Shown: piece by piece, positions 1 to 8,379 of the stretch
Layout of the letters: every line of letters starts with the position of its first letter
Numbering within the stretch: the first letter of the stretch is position 1
NCBI GenBank assembly: GCA_041736305.1
Contig: JBGSTX010000194.1
Location: forward strand, 1-14,052
Direction: 5' to 3'
Length of the DNA: 14,052 nucleotides
DNA from: Oligoflexus sp.
Lineage (GTDB): Bacteria > Bdellovibrionota_B > Oligoflexia > Oligoflexales > Oligoflexaceae
Notes under the pieces: model-generated
The model's input: the letters and a program-made list of their open reading frames with translations, nothing else
Databases searched by the model: none
What the model was told of the DNA's origin: nothing
Program-made: the position numbers and the translations under genes

Positions 1-2
1 CT

Positions 3-1385
3 GCTCCCCTTGCCTGTCCCCTCGATACCTCTGCACCGGCGCAGATCGCTGCCTGGCGCTCCGAGGCTTCCGAGCGTCTCGTGGCCAACGAGCTCAGTGC
101 GTCGACGGTCTCGAGTCGCCTCGCCTCTTGCTTTGGTCCAAGCGTTCCGGTTTGCCTCGACCGTCTCCAAGCCTATGCAACGCGAGATGTGCTCGCTCCA
201 CCTTCGAGCGATCCCTCAGTGACGCCCGAGAAGCAAGCGCCGCGCGAGCTGGCTGCTCCCAACGGCCGGGCAAATAACTACATTATTCCCGAGAATATCG
301 AGGAAATCGCCGCCGCCAATGGCTGGCCTGCGGTTCGCTATAAGAGTCGCCATGCGGGGGGTTTTGATACCGAAACACCTTCCCTACTCATGGTTTACGT
401 TCCCGGCAACAAGCTGCAACCTCCCCTTCCCTATGACCGCTGGTTGAACTTCGCACTGCCGGCTGATGAAGGTTTCGAGGCTCTCATTCCTACCCCGCAG
501 GCAGCGATACCATCGACCGATGATTATGCTGCCGAGCGAGCGGGTGGAACTAGCCTTCCGCGTACCTTTACGATGGTGAGCTTGACTCGTGCTGCAGGCA
601 CCGCGCCAGGCGAAATTTACTTCCAGAAGTTTTACCGCTCTCAGCTAGGTAGTCCGGTTTTTACACCCGAAGAGACTTCTAACCTCAAAACCTGCATCGG
701 TTGCCACCCTAATGGTTTACGAGCCATCGCTCCCCTCGGCTACCATACCAGCGATGGTGAGGAGCAGCTTGGCCTAAGGGAAACCAAAGCCGTGGCCGAG
801 ATCAACAAGGCGATGATAGATGCGGCTGGCAACAAGCCTGTGAACTGGCGTGAAGTGAATGTGGGTGGAGTCACTAAGAAACTTCTTAAGCCTGAAGCAT
901 ATGGTCCCTTTGTAGGACCAATCACGCCTCTCAATCTTACGACCCGTTCACGGGAGTTCATTATGGGAGGTCGCTTGCCTGATGGCAGGCTCGCGGCGGG
1001 ATGCTATAAGAATCGCTCGACTGTCAACGTTCGCGATATATTCGGCCGAGCTCCCGGTGCGAATAACGTCTATAGTTTGTCTCGTTCGCCGAGTATTCGC
1101 TGGGAAAAAGTTCGTGACTCCATGCGCTGCAGCGGCTGTCACAACAATCAGCTACGTGGGGCGATCAATACTCTGACGAATTGGAATCAGGTGGATTTCA
1201 AGATCTTGGTCGATCGTTCGATGCCCTTGGGGGCGCATGGCAATCCTTTAGAAGAGGGCGATGCGGCTCAGCGGGATAACCTGAGCCTGGATGAGAGGAT
1301 CGCGCTTGCCAACTGCTTAAAAGCTGAATTTGAAAGCGAGCAAAGAGATCTCGCCGCGTGGCTCAGTCAACCCGTCTGCCGTTAA
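3..1385 (+). CDS. Putative di-heme c-type cytochrome / extracytoplasmic protein, 5'-truncated by the window
   Basis: The frame is open from base 3, so the GTG at 81 is probably not the true start. Two CxxCH motifs: CIGCH 693-707 and CSGCH 1128-1142. The second is followed by a class I cytochrome c-like tail 'RSMPLG...LSLDERIALANCL' with a candidate axial Met. Confidence 0.7.
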   Translation, partial: APLACPLDTSAPAQIAAWRSEASERLVANELSASTVSSRLASCFGPSVPVCLDRLQAYATRDVLAPPSSDPSVTPEKQAPRELAAPNGRANNYIIPENIEEIAAANGWPAVRYKSRHAGGFDTETPSLLMVYVPGNKLQPPLPYDRWLNFALPADEGFEALIPTPQAAIPSTDDYAAERAGGTSLPRTFTMVSLTRAAGTAPGEIYFQKFYRSQLGSPVFTPEETSNLKTCIGCHPNGLRAIAPLGYHTSDGEEQLGLRETKAVAEINKAMIDAAGNKPVNWREVNVGGVTKKLLKPEAYGPFVGPITPLNLTTRSREFIMGGRLPDGRLAAGCYKNRSTVNVRDIFGRAPGANNVYSLSRSPSIRWEKVRDSMRCSGCHNNQLRGAINTLTNWNQVDFKILVDRSMPLGAHGNPLEEGDAAQRDNLSLDERIALANCLKAEFESEQRDLAAWLSQPVCR

Positions 1386-1402
1386 GCTTCAGCTCGCCGA
1401 GA

Positions 1403-1423
1403 GCGGGCAGAAAAGCTGCCCGC
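1403..1423. terminator. GC-rich stem-loop between convergent genes (possible terminator)
   Basis: GCGGGCAG-AAAAG-CTGCCCGC, a perfect 8-bp stem between the cytochrome gene and hemH stops. There is no clear downstream U-tract on either strand. Confidence 0.45.
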
Positions 1424-1442
1424 AAAATCTCTCAAACTAGGC

Positions 1443-2507
1443 TCAGTGCACCGCGCGAGCGGCTGCACCCTCCGTCTGCAGCTTCAGTTCGTCTTTGCGA
1501 ATCCATCCTGTAACAGCATCGCACCAGACATCATCGGCGTTCAGCGAGTGGATCAGCTGTAGGGATTCCCCGCCGAGCTTGTGCCAATCTTCAGCGGCCC
1601 GCATGGCGATTTCTTCGAGAGTTTCGAGGCAGTCGGCGACGAAAGTCGGACACATGACCGCAAGACGGCGAACGCCGCGCGCCTTGAGATCGGGCAGTAT
1701 CTTATCAGTGTAAGGTTTGATCCATTCGGCTCGCCCTAGTCGAGACTGAAACGCAGTGCTATAAGTTCCCGGACTCAATCCAAGGCCCTCCGCCAGCGCT
1801 CTGCTTCCGGCATAGCACTGCGCGCGATAGCAGTAGCGATTAGCCTCGACGATGCTGTCGCAGCAGCTCTCGCTCTTGTGACAGTGCTGACCTGTGGGAT
1901 CCAAGCTGGTGACCTGATGCACGGGAAGTCCGTGATAGCTGAAGAGGACGTGATCTGCTTTAAACGATTTGAGCTGAGGCTTGCCTACTTGGACGAAGGC
2001 GTTGATAAAAGCTGGATCGTTATAAAAATCGCGGATTATGCGCACATGAGGAACGGCGGTCTTAGCGCGTAATTCTTCGAGCACGACGTCTATCGCTGAG
2101 GCAGTGGCGGCTGTCGAATACTGCGGAAAGAGTGGCAAGACTGTCAGCTCTTCAATTGTCGTCGTACGCAGGCGTCGGATGGCTTCGGCCAATGAAGGCT
2201 GACCATAGCGCATACCGAGAATGACCTGATAATCGGCACCGAGTCGCTCCTGAACCTTCGCTGCCAGCTGCTGACCCACGACGACAAGCGGCGAGCCCGA
2301 AGGAGTCCAAACCTTTTGGTAAGCATGAGCTGAAGTTCGCGAGCGAAAGGGTGCAATAATAAAGTTGACTAAGAGGAAACGAGCGATGGCTGAGGTATCG
2401 ATCACGCGGGGATCGGAGAGGAACTGCCTCAGGTAACGACGGACCGCAGGTACAGTTGGAGCGTCTGGACTACCCAGGTTGATCAGAAGTACAGCGCGCT
2501 TAGCCAT
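1443..2507 (-). CDS. hemH: Ferrochelatase (protoporphyrin IX ferrochelatase), [2Fe-2S]-motif type, 354 aa
   Basis: Hallmark motifs LLINLGSPDAP, FLSDPRVID, GSPL, MRYGQPS, LPLFPQYS, LFSYHGLP, FQSRLGRAEWIKPYT and FVADCLETLEEI. ATG at 2507 is preceded by the RBS AAAGGA, so the ORF-track extension to 2642 is rejected. Confidence 0.97.
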   Translation of the reverse strand: MAKRAVLLINLGSPDAPTVPAVRRYLRQFLSDPRVIDTSAIARFLLVNFIIAPFRSRTSAHAYQKVWTPSGSPLVVVGQQLAAKVQERLGADYQVILGMRYGQPSLAEAIRRLRTTTIEELTVLPLFPQYSTAATASAIDVVLEELRAKTAVPHVRIIRDFYNDPAFINAFVQVGKPQLKSFKADHVLFSYHGLPVHQVTSLDPTGQHCHKSESCCDSIVEANRYCYRAQCYAGSRALAEGLGLSPGTYSTAFQSRLGRAEWIKPYTDKILPDLKARGVRRLAVMCPTFVADCLETLEEIAMRAAEDWHKLGGESLQLIHSLNADDVWCDAVTGWIRKDELKLQTEGAAARAVH

Positions 2508-2664
2508 GCAAGGGTCCTTTCTTCGAGTATCGGTCCAGCTGCGCGAACGCAAGAAGTCGTTCGAAATCCGGCCGATGTGACGGCCATCGGTGTATGGCAT
2601 CAGCTTTGAGCAGTTTACAAGATAGGGGTGAAGACGCAACACGCTCTTGAAGTTTTTATGGGAC

Positions 2665-3549
2665 TCAAGCTTCCGTGCGCGGACGCAGGTGTTCTTTGAG
2701 CGCGACCAGGGTGAGGACGAGGATGGGTAGAAGCAGGATGCTGGCCTGGAACAGATGATGACCTAGGGTGCCGATGACACCACCGGCGATAAAACTGAGA
2801 AAGATGATCGACTGGAACGCAAAGCGCCCCCCGCCGAGTCGATGCGCGAAGGCAGCAAAAAAAATCAAAAAACCCTTCATCCAGCCGCTTCTCCGCCAAA
2901 GATGAAGAGCACTGCTCAAAGCTGCGCCCAGTTCGATGCCGATATCCGTGGCGACGCCAGTCATGTGGGTCGTCCGAACGATGGCCCCCGAGGCCTGTCT
3001 GAGCATCGCATTCTGCATCCCCATGGCCGTCGAGAGGAGGAGCGTGACCTGCCCGTTCCCCTTGCCTAGCCTATTGACGGAATACATGAAGAGGAGAAGC
3101 AAGGCGGCTTCGATGAGCACTGGCGAGGTGTATTTGACCCGAGACGAGGCCGCCGTATGCCCGCGGAGCAGCAAAGAAGTGAGTAAGGCTCCAAAAATAA
3201 AACACAGGATCTCGAAGAGGAAGATTAGGGCTAGACTGCCGTGAGACGTTGCATACTCGATAGCTACGTGAGTAGCATTGCCAGAGATATGGGACACGAA
3301 AGTCCCAAATTCAAGGAAAGATATGGCATTCACCAATCCAGCCACCACGGCGAGAACGGTTGCGAGTTGGAGGTTTTCTTGAAAGCTACGCAGAAAGCGC
3401 TTGGTGCCGCGGGCCATCTGATCGGCAATGGGTCCGAGCTGCGAGGACGTGCGGGTGGGTCTGGGAATCAGTCGTTTCCCGTGAGATTCCACATCTGATT
3501 CGACCTGCGGTGCACCGGAGTTCCGGTTCCGCCTGGAACTGTTTTGCAT
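2665..3549 (-). CDS. YoaK / DUF1275 family integral membrane protein
   Basis: Family motifs 'LAVVAGLVNAISFL..FVSHISGNAT', 'AMGMQNA' and 'VRTTHMTGVATDIG', plus several hydrophobic helices. The start is uncertain (TTG 3606, ATG 3549 or ATG 3417). Confidence 0.88.
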   Translation of the reverse strand: MQNSSRRNRNSGAPQVESDVESHGKRLIPRPTRTSSQLGPIADQMARGTKRFLRSFQENLQLATVLAVVAGLVNAISFLEFGTFVSHISGNATHVAIEYATSHGSLALIFLFEILCFIFGALLTSLLLRGHTAASSRVKYTSPVLIEAALLLLFMYSVNRLGKGNGQVTLLLSTAMGMQNAMLRQASGAIVRTTHMTGVATDIGIELGAALSSALHLWRRSGWMKGFLIFFAAFAHRLGGGRFAFQSIIFLSFIAGGVIGTLGHHLFQASILLLPILVLTLVALKEHLRPRTEA

Positions 3550-3678
3550 AGAGCCCGCTCTAGAGTTGCTGTATTCATTGTAAGACAGCTCCCTTGCGCT
3601 TGCCAAGCCAGTGCCCGAATATACTCTCCCTCTTCGCTCACTGAGCTGTGCTTCTGAGGGAAGGGATTTTCGAGCTTG

Positions 3679-3771
3679 TTAAAGTTGTTTAAAAATGCTG
3701 TAGAGCGTAAAGATGAGGAAGATGGAAATAGCGATTTTGCGAGCGTATTTCTTGATGGTGTACCGACGCAT
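3679..3771 (-). CDS. Putative 30-aa small membrane protein (MRRYTIKKYARKIAISIFLIFTLYSIFKQL)
   Basis: ATG preceded by AAAGGACCTT, nearly identical to the hemH RBS context AAAGGACCCTT. The RBS overlaps the TAA of the upstream lipoprotein gene. Basic N-terminus followed by one hydrophobic segment. Confidence 0.55.
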   Translation of the reverse strand: MRRYTIKKYARKIAISIFLIFTLYSIFKQL

Positions 3772-3779
3772 AAGGTCCT

Positions 3780-4232
3780 TTAACGGAGGCAAATATTGCG
3801 GTAAATCATGGTCGTTGGCCGAATTTCGATTTCTATTTGATTGCTTACGCCACCTGCGAAGGCCTGTGCTTCGGCTGTCCACACACCAAAGATCCCAGCC
3901 TCTACGCCTGGGACGGGAGTCACATCGCTCAGTTTCTTAACGAGTTGAAATTCACTCGCACTCAGAACGAGACTCTGCTCACTCTGCAATTCGTAGTCTA
4001 AAGCCAAAGAGACAAAGCTGATTTCGCAAGGAGTGATAATATCGCTCCGCTGTGTTGGACCAGCTTCATCTATAATAATCTGTTTTGCCGAAACGTTGAA
4101 GCGGATGCGGCCTTCGGTACTCACGGTATCCTTGGTGGGAGCATAAGGGCCACCGTCTTCAGCACCGCAGGCAAGTAGAGTGACCGTCATTAGCAGTAAG
4201 CCGAGGCTGGGACGCTGAAGAATTGCGCGCAT
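3780..4232 (-). CDS. Hypothetical lipoprotein, 150 aa
   Basis: ATG 4232 with a GGAG RBS. Signal peptide MRAILQRPSLGLLLMTVTLLA-C with lipobox LLAC. The mature region looks beta-rich. Confidence 0.75.
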   Translation of the reverse strand: MRAILQRPSLGLLLMTVTLLACGAEDGGPYAPTKDTVSTEGRIRFNVSAKQIIIDEAGPTQRSDIITPCEISFVSLALDYELQSEQSLVLSASEFQLVKKLSDVTPVPGVEAGIFGVWTAEAQAFAGGVSNQIEIEIRPTTMIYRNICLR

Positions 4233-4305
4233 AGTCTGTCTCCACCATTGATAATCAGATCTAGCTGATTTTCCCGAGGGAGGCAAGCGCCGAGGATCTA
4301 CTACC

Positions 4306-5733
4306 CTAGGGCGTGACAAGGCTTTGGAAGTAAGAATCGTCGACCTCTTCGACCAGTCCTCCGGAATCCTTGCTTTTTGGCTTGAGTTCGGTATTTTGTT
4401 CGTTTGGCTTATTTAGAACCGGAGGGCTCTTAGAAGCCAAAACATCGGCCGGCATCCCATCCAGTTGCTGGAGGGCCGCGCTCGCTGCAGATAAATTTCC
4501 TCCGCGCCGCAGGATCGACTGCACGACCGCGAGATTGTGCTTGGCCTTGCGCAGCTTAGGGTCAAGGCTGTTCGCTCGTTCGAAGGCGGCGATTGCGGTC
4601 TTGCCTTTCCCCCATTTTACGAGCCCAAGACCCATATTAAACAAGACCCGAGCGACCACGGCATTATCTTTATTCACCATTCCGATAGCGGTTTTATAGA
4701 GGCTGAGACCCTGTTTGAAGTGCTGGTGCCGTATAGCAAGGATAGCTGCCCCATTGAAAATGGCGGCGATTTCTTGAGGATTCTCCATCTGGCCGAGGAG
4801 TTTCATGGCTTCATTGAGATGACCGCCCAGTAGGTCGCACTGCGCCTTGCCAACTTTGGCATCTTGAAAGTCTTTATCGACTTTGAGAGCGTTGTTGAAG
4901 CTGCCTAGAGCGTCATTGACTTTATCGAGATTCAAGAGTACGCGCCCGAGGTCGACGAGGCGTTCGACGTTGTGCGGACTGATCAGATTAGCTTGTTTGA
5001 GATAGGCTTCGGCGTCGGCAAAACGTCCGACTTTCATTGCGCAGCGGGCGAGCAGATGTTTCGTGCGGAGGTCGCCCGGAAACTGCGCTGCTGTATCCTT
5101 GAGCCAGCGTTCGGCTTCTTCGAGTTTGCCGGCTTCGGAGAGACTGTAGCCGTATTCAACGGCAGCCCGTAAATTATCTGTTTCGCTGAGGCAAAGCTCT
5201 TTAAGGCAATTGGCTGAGCCTTCCCAGTCACCGTTCTTTCTATATTCGCCCGCCTGCCGAAAGGCTTCATGACTGGCTTCACTGACGAGAGTGAAATTGA
5301 GGAGTTCGTCGAGATTTTTGACAATCTGTGCCTGGGATATTTCCCCGGTATGAATCTGCATGACATTGTACTCGCCTGCCACTGCTACGACGCGTTCGGA
5401 AACATCCAAGGCGATGAAATAGATAGGCCTGGTGTCGACGCGATTCGGTCCTTGCGCCGTGCGCAAAGCTTTGACGACTTTCTGCTCGCCGCATTCCCAG
5501 TCGATGACCAGCATGCTCTCCGGGTTTTGCCGCAGATCATCGCAGCACTCCTGCAAGGTTTCAGCTACTTTAAGCTCGAGAATGCCATACTGTTTCAGCT
5601 CGCGCTGCATTACCGAACGCACAGTGGTTCGGCTGATGAAGAGCGATGCGCGCGCCACACTCAAACGATTGTGTCGCTTCTCACCTTCAAGGCCACTGGC
5701 CTGTGCGAAATCGAAAGCTTTGGCAGCACCCAT
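4306..5733 (-). CDS. Atypical receiver (CheY-like) domain + TPR repeat protein, 475 aa
   Basis: N-terminal alpha/beta segment with 'MLVIDWE' and 'PIYFIA' in REC-like spacing, followed by multiple TPRs (e.g. RLVDLGRVLLNLDKVNDALGSFNNALKVD; VLFNMGLGLVKWGKGKTAIAAFERANSLDP). ATG 5733 has AGGA upstream. Confidence 0.8.
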   Translation of the reverse strand: MGAAKAFDFAQASGLEGEKRHNRLSVARASLFISRTTVRSVMQRELKQYGILELKVAETLQECCDDLRQNPESMLVIDWECGEQKVVKALRTAQGPNRVDTRPIYFIALDVSERVVAVAGEYNVMQIHTGEISQAQIVKNLDELLNFTLVSEASHEAFRQAGEYRKNGDWEGSANCLKELCLSETDNLRAAVEYGYSLSEAGKLEEAERWLKDTAAQFPGDLRTKHLLARCAMKVGRFADAEAYLKQANLISPHNVERLVDLGRVLLNLDKVNDALGSFNNALKVDKDFQDAKVGKAQCDLLGGHLNEAMKLLGQMENPQEIAAIFNGAAILAIRHQHFKQGLSLYKTAIGMVNKDNAVVARVLFNMGLGLVKWGKGKTAIAAFERANSLDPKLRKAKHNLAVVQSILRRGGNLSAASAALQQLDGMPADVLASKSPPVLNKPNEQNTELKPKSKDSGGLVEEVDDSYFQSLVTP

Positions 5734-5860
5734 AAATTCAATTCCTAAACAGCTTCTGGTGAACGGCAATCAAGACATTGTCTGGGTCTTGGGTTTCCTT
5801 ACCTCAGGTAAGGTTGAGCTAGTTAGCCCGTTGGCTTACTAACGCCGGCTGATATTATAA

Positions 5861-5887
5861 AATTCGGTGTTTTGCATACAGGCTTTA
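5861..5887 (-). promoter_or_regulatory. Possible sigma28 (FliA)-like promoter for the receiver-TPR gene
   Basis: The minus strand reads TAAA-N15-ACCGAATT against the consensus TAAA-N15-GCCGATAA. Spacing is exact but the -10 match is partial. Confidence 0.3.
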
Positions 5888-6072
5888 TAGGGGATGCCAT
5901 TACTGGGTGATACTACGGACTTGCAGGAGTCTTATTATTGGGGCTCGCTGTGAAAAACTCTGAGAATGCTCTTAGGCAGTTCAACTCTGCTAAGGCGTCT
6001 TTATCTCGATACTTGCTCAAGATGGTGCTTCAATTCACCGAAAGAGAGTATGCGAGAGAAAGGGATTAGTAC

Positions 6073-8379
6073 ATGTTATTCGGCCAGGCCCAAGTTCAGC
6101 TCAGCTATAATGCTCGACTCCGCCGGGCCCGCATATCTTTTGTCGCTAGTGACTGTTTCAAGTATCGCCAGCCTCCCCTTAAACTCTTGCAGAAAATGCA
6201 GCAACGCTTTGAGGAGGATAAGGAAGACGGACATATTGAAGCCTATGCGATCTTCACGAGCCGCCTAAAAGAGCTTTGGCAGCATGTTGGCGGACTCGAA
6301 GGTGAGCTCGATCCTTCCCACGAGATACGAATGACCATCGGCCAAGGCGGTCGGATATATAACGAAATCCGCGTTAGACCCGCTGAGGGAGAGGAAATAG
6401 CCCGCATCACTTGTGATTTTGGAGATAGACGAGTTCCCCTCATTCCCTTCAATGCTTTTGTTTTCAATGTGATTTTAGGTTTAGAAGCTCTGAAGTGTGG
6501 CAAGAAGGTCGACCGGGCCCAGCTCCGCTTTCTCTATCTCCTGGTCCAGAGCGGGCAGAAGCTGAATGCAGTTCCTTTGCAAGCGGCACCCGTAAACTCC
6601 GATGTACCTCTGATGATTCGTCTCGATCAGCAGCAAAAATATGCGACGCTTCATCTTTTCGATCATCGCTGGCTCAAAAGCAGCCAAAATCGGGAAGCGA
6701 TCTGGAAGAAGGCTGTGCGCGAACTCAATCGACTCAACAAACAAAATCTGCAACTGTATCTCTTGCGGGAGCACAGCTTAGAAAAGCTTGCCTCTCTGGC
6801 CAGCAAGATGCAGGGCACCGGCTTCAATATGCCCTATGATCTGCTCATTGCTTACGACAAAGCTTATCGTTTTGAGGTGCCGAAGATTCACAAGGAAAAA
6901 TCTCCCGGGCTCGAAGTTCAGGAAGATATCGTACGCTGGCGATCAGAGTCGCAGAGAAAGAGCCCGTATTTTGATGTGGCTATCGCTGCCGATGGCATGG
7001 GCGCTCGGCTTAGCGCTGTTAATAGTAAAGCCATTGAGAAACTCCGTGCAAATCATGGTATCACGCGCTCCTGGCTGCTCGAGGAACTGGCTAAGCTCGG
7101 CATAGTTCATGGCACCGAAGCTTTTGAAGCAGCCTTACTGGATGCGATCCAGCAGAAACGAGAGCTGGTCGGACTAAGCGTGGCCGCCGGTACTCCAAGC
7201 CTTCGAGGTGAAACCCCCTACCTCCACTATTTCAGTGGCGAGCGTAGCCCTGCAGAAGGCGCGAATCAAGACGTGCGCCAGAGCCAAAACTCCCAACTAG
7301 TTCGACGTGGCTATCTGATTGCCGAAGTACGCTTCAAGGAGGGGCTGCCTGCTATTACGGTCAAGGGCCAGAAGCTCCATCTTAGAGCTCCAGCTTCAGC
7401 AGAATGGAAAGCCGGTGAGGGAGTGAGGCTTGAAGAAAATTCTCGTTTCTATGCTACACGTGAGGGCCTTCTCAGTGAACACGCGGGGCAGCTCTCGATT
7501 GAAGAGGCCTATATTCACGAAGGTTCGGTAAACTTAAGCAGTGGCAACCTGTCTTTTGAAGGATCCGTGGTCATCAAGGGTGACATCGAAGCTGGAGCCA
7601 CTGTGCGGGTGAACGGCCAGCTGCTTGTGGAAGGCATGATTGCTCAGGCGATGGTCTACGTGAAAGGACAGCTCGCGGTCAAAGGTGGGATTATTACGGG
7701 ATCCAATGGCAGGGTTGAAGTCGAAGGTGGCCTCAGCTGTAATTTTATCGAACAGAGTGAGATCCAGGTGCGTGGCGATCTTCTTGTCGCGCGCTCGGTG
7801 CTCAACAGCCATCTTGTTGTCGGAGGAGCCATCCTGCTGAAAGACAGCCGAAGCCAGATCTCAGGAGGACAGGTCAGCAGCACGCGGCTGATCCGCACAG
7901 CTCAACTAGGGAACGATCAAGGTTCTCAAACCGAATGTCGCATCGGTGCCGACTTCGATTCCGCTGTTCGCCTTCGGCACGCCAAAGCTCGTAGCCAAAA
8001 GTTTAAAGATCTGCAAAAGAAACTAGAAATTTCTATAGAAGCAGAGTCAGCTGCCACTGAACCGTCGAAAAACGCTCAGCATAAGCTGCGCCTTGAAAAG
8101 TTAAAACGTATTGTGGAGCACACGCAGCAACGCTGCGTCTACCTCGAACAGCATATGAAATGGAACCACGATGCCTGCTTGCTGGTCTCGCGCATGCTCG
8201 ATAAAAACGTGCTGCTTATCGCTGCGGGCCAGCGGGTGCCCCTTGCGAACAACCTCACTTCGGCTTTGATCACTGGGCATGCTTTCCAAGGTCGCCATAT
8301 TTTAGATCCAGGAGAGTTCGGTGCCTTCCAAAGCGCGCATCCGGAGATTGATCTCCTTGGGCTCAAGAAGGCAGGCTAA
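6073..8379 (+). CDS. FapA / DUF342 family protein with a long N-terminal extension, 768 aa
   Basis: DUF342 signature 'GSVNLSSGNLSFEGSVVIKGDIEAGATVRVNGQLLVEG..AMVYVKGQLAVKGGII', beta-helix repeats and a C-terminal coiled coil. FapA-N-like 'VAIAADGMGARL...LAKLGIVHG...VAAGTPSLRG'. AGGGA lies upstream of the ATG. Confidence 0.88.
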   Translation: MLFGQAQVQLSYNARLRRARISFVASDCFKYRQPPLKLLQKMQQRFEEDKEDGHIEAYAIFTSRLKELWQHVGGLEGELDPSHEIRMTIGQGGRIYNEIRVRPAEGEEIARITCDFGDRRVPLIPFNAFVFNVILGLEALKCGKKVDRAQLRFLYLLVQSGQKLNAVPLQAAPVNSDVPLMIRLDQQQKYATLHLFDHRWLKSSQNREAIWKKAVRELNRLNKQNLQLYLLREHSLEKLASLASKMQGTGFNMPYDLLIAYDKAYRFEVPKIHKEKSPGLEVQEDIVRWRSESQRKSPYFDVAIAADGMGARLSAVNSKAIEKLRANHGITRSWLLEELAKLGIVHGTEAFEAALLDAIQQKRELVGLSVAAGTPSLRGETPYLHYFSGERSPAEGANQDVRQSQNSQLVRRGYLIAEVRFKEGLPAITVKGQKLHLRAPASAEWKAGEGVRLEENSRFYATREGLLSEHAGQLSIEEAYIHEGSVNLSSGNLSFEGSVVIKGDIEAGATVRVNGQLLVEGMIAQAMVYVKGQLAVKGGIITGSNGRVEVEGGLSCNFIEQSEIQVRGDLLVARSVLNSHLVVGGAILLKDSRSQISGGQVSSTRLIRTAQLGNDQGSQTECRIGADFDSAVRLRHAKARSQKFKDLQKKLEISIEAESAATEPSKNAQHKLRLEKLKRIVEHTQQRCVYLEQHMKWNHDACLLVSRMLDKNVLLIAAGQRVPLANNLTSALITGHAFQGRHILDPGEFGAFQSAHPEIDLLGLKKAG

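Noticed and set aside
2508-2642. 45-aa N-terminal extension of hemH in the ORF track
   Set aside because: Ferrochelatase homology begins at MAKRAVLLINLG, and ATG 2507 has a clear AAAGGA RBS.
4233-4319. N-terminal extension of the lipoprotein ORF
   Set aside because: It overlaps the upstream gene and would bury the signal peptide. ATG 4232 has a GGAG RBS.
4370-5842. Plus-strand ORFs (109, 98, 159, 136 aa etc.) opposite the TPR gene
   Set aside because: Antisense shadows of a well-supported gene with no family features. The same applies to the short ORFs inside hemH, YoaK, FapA, DUF2254 and mscS.
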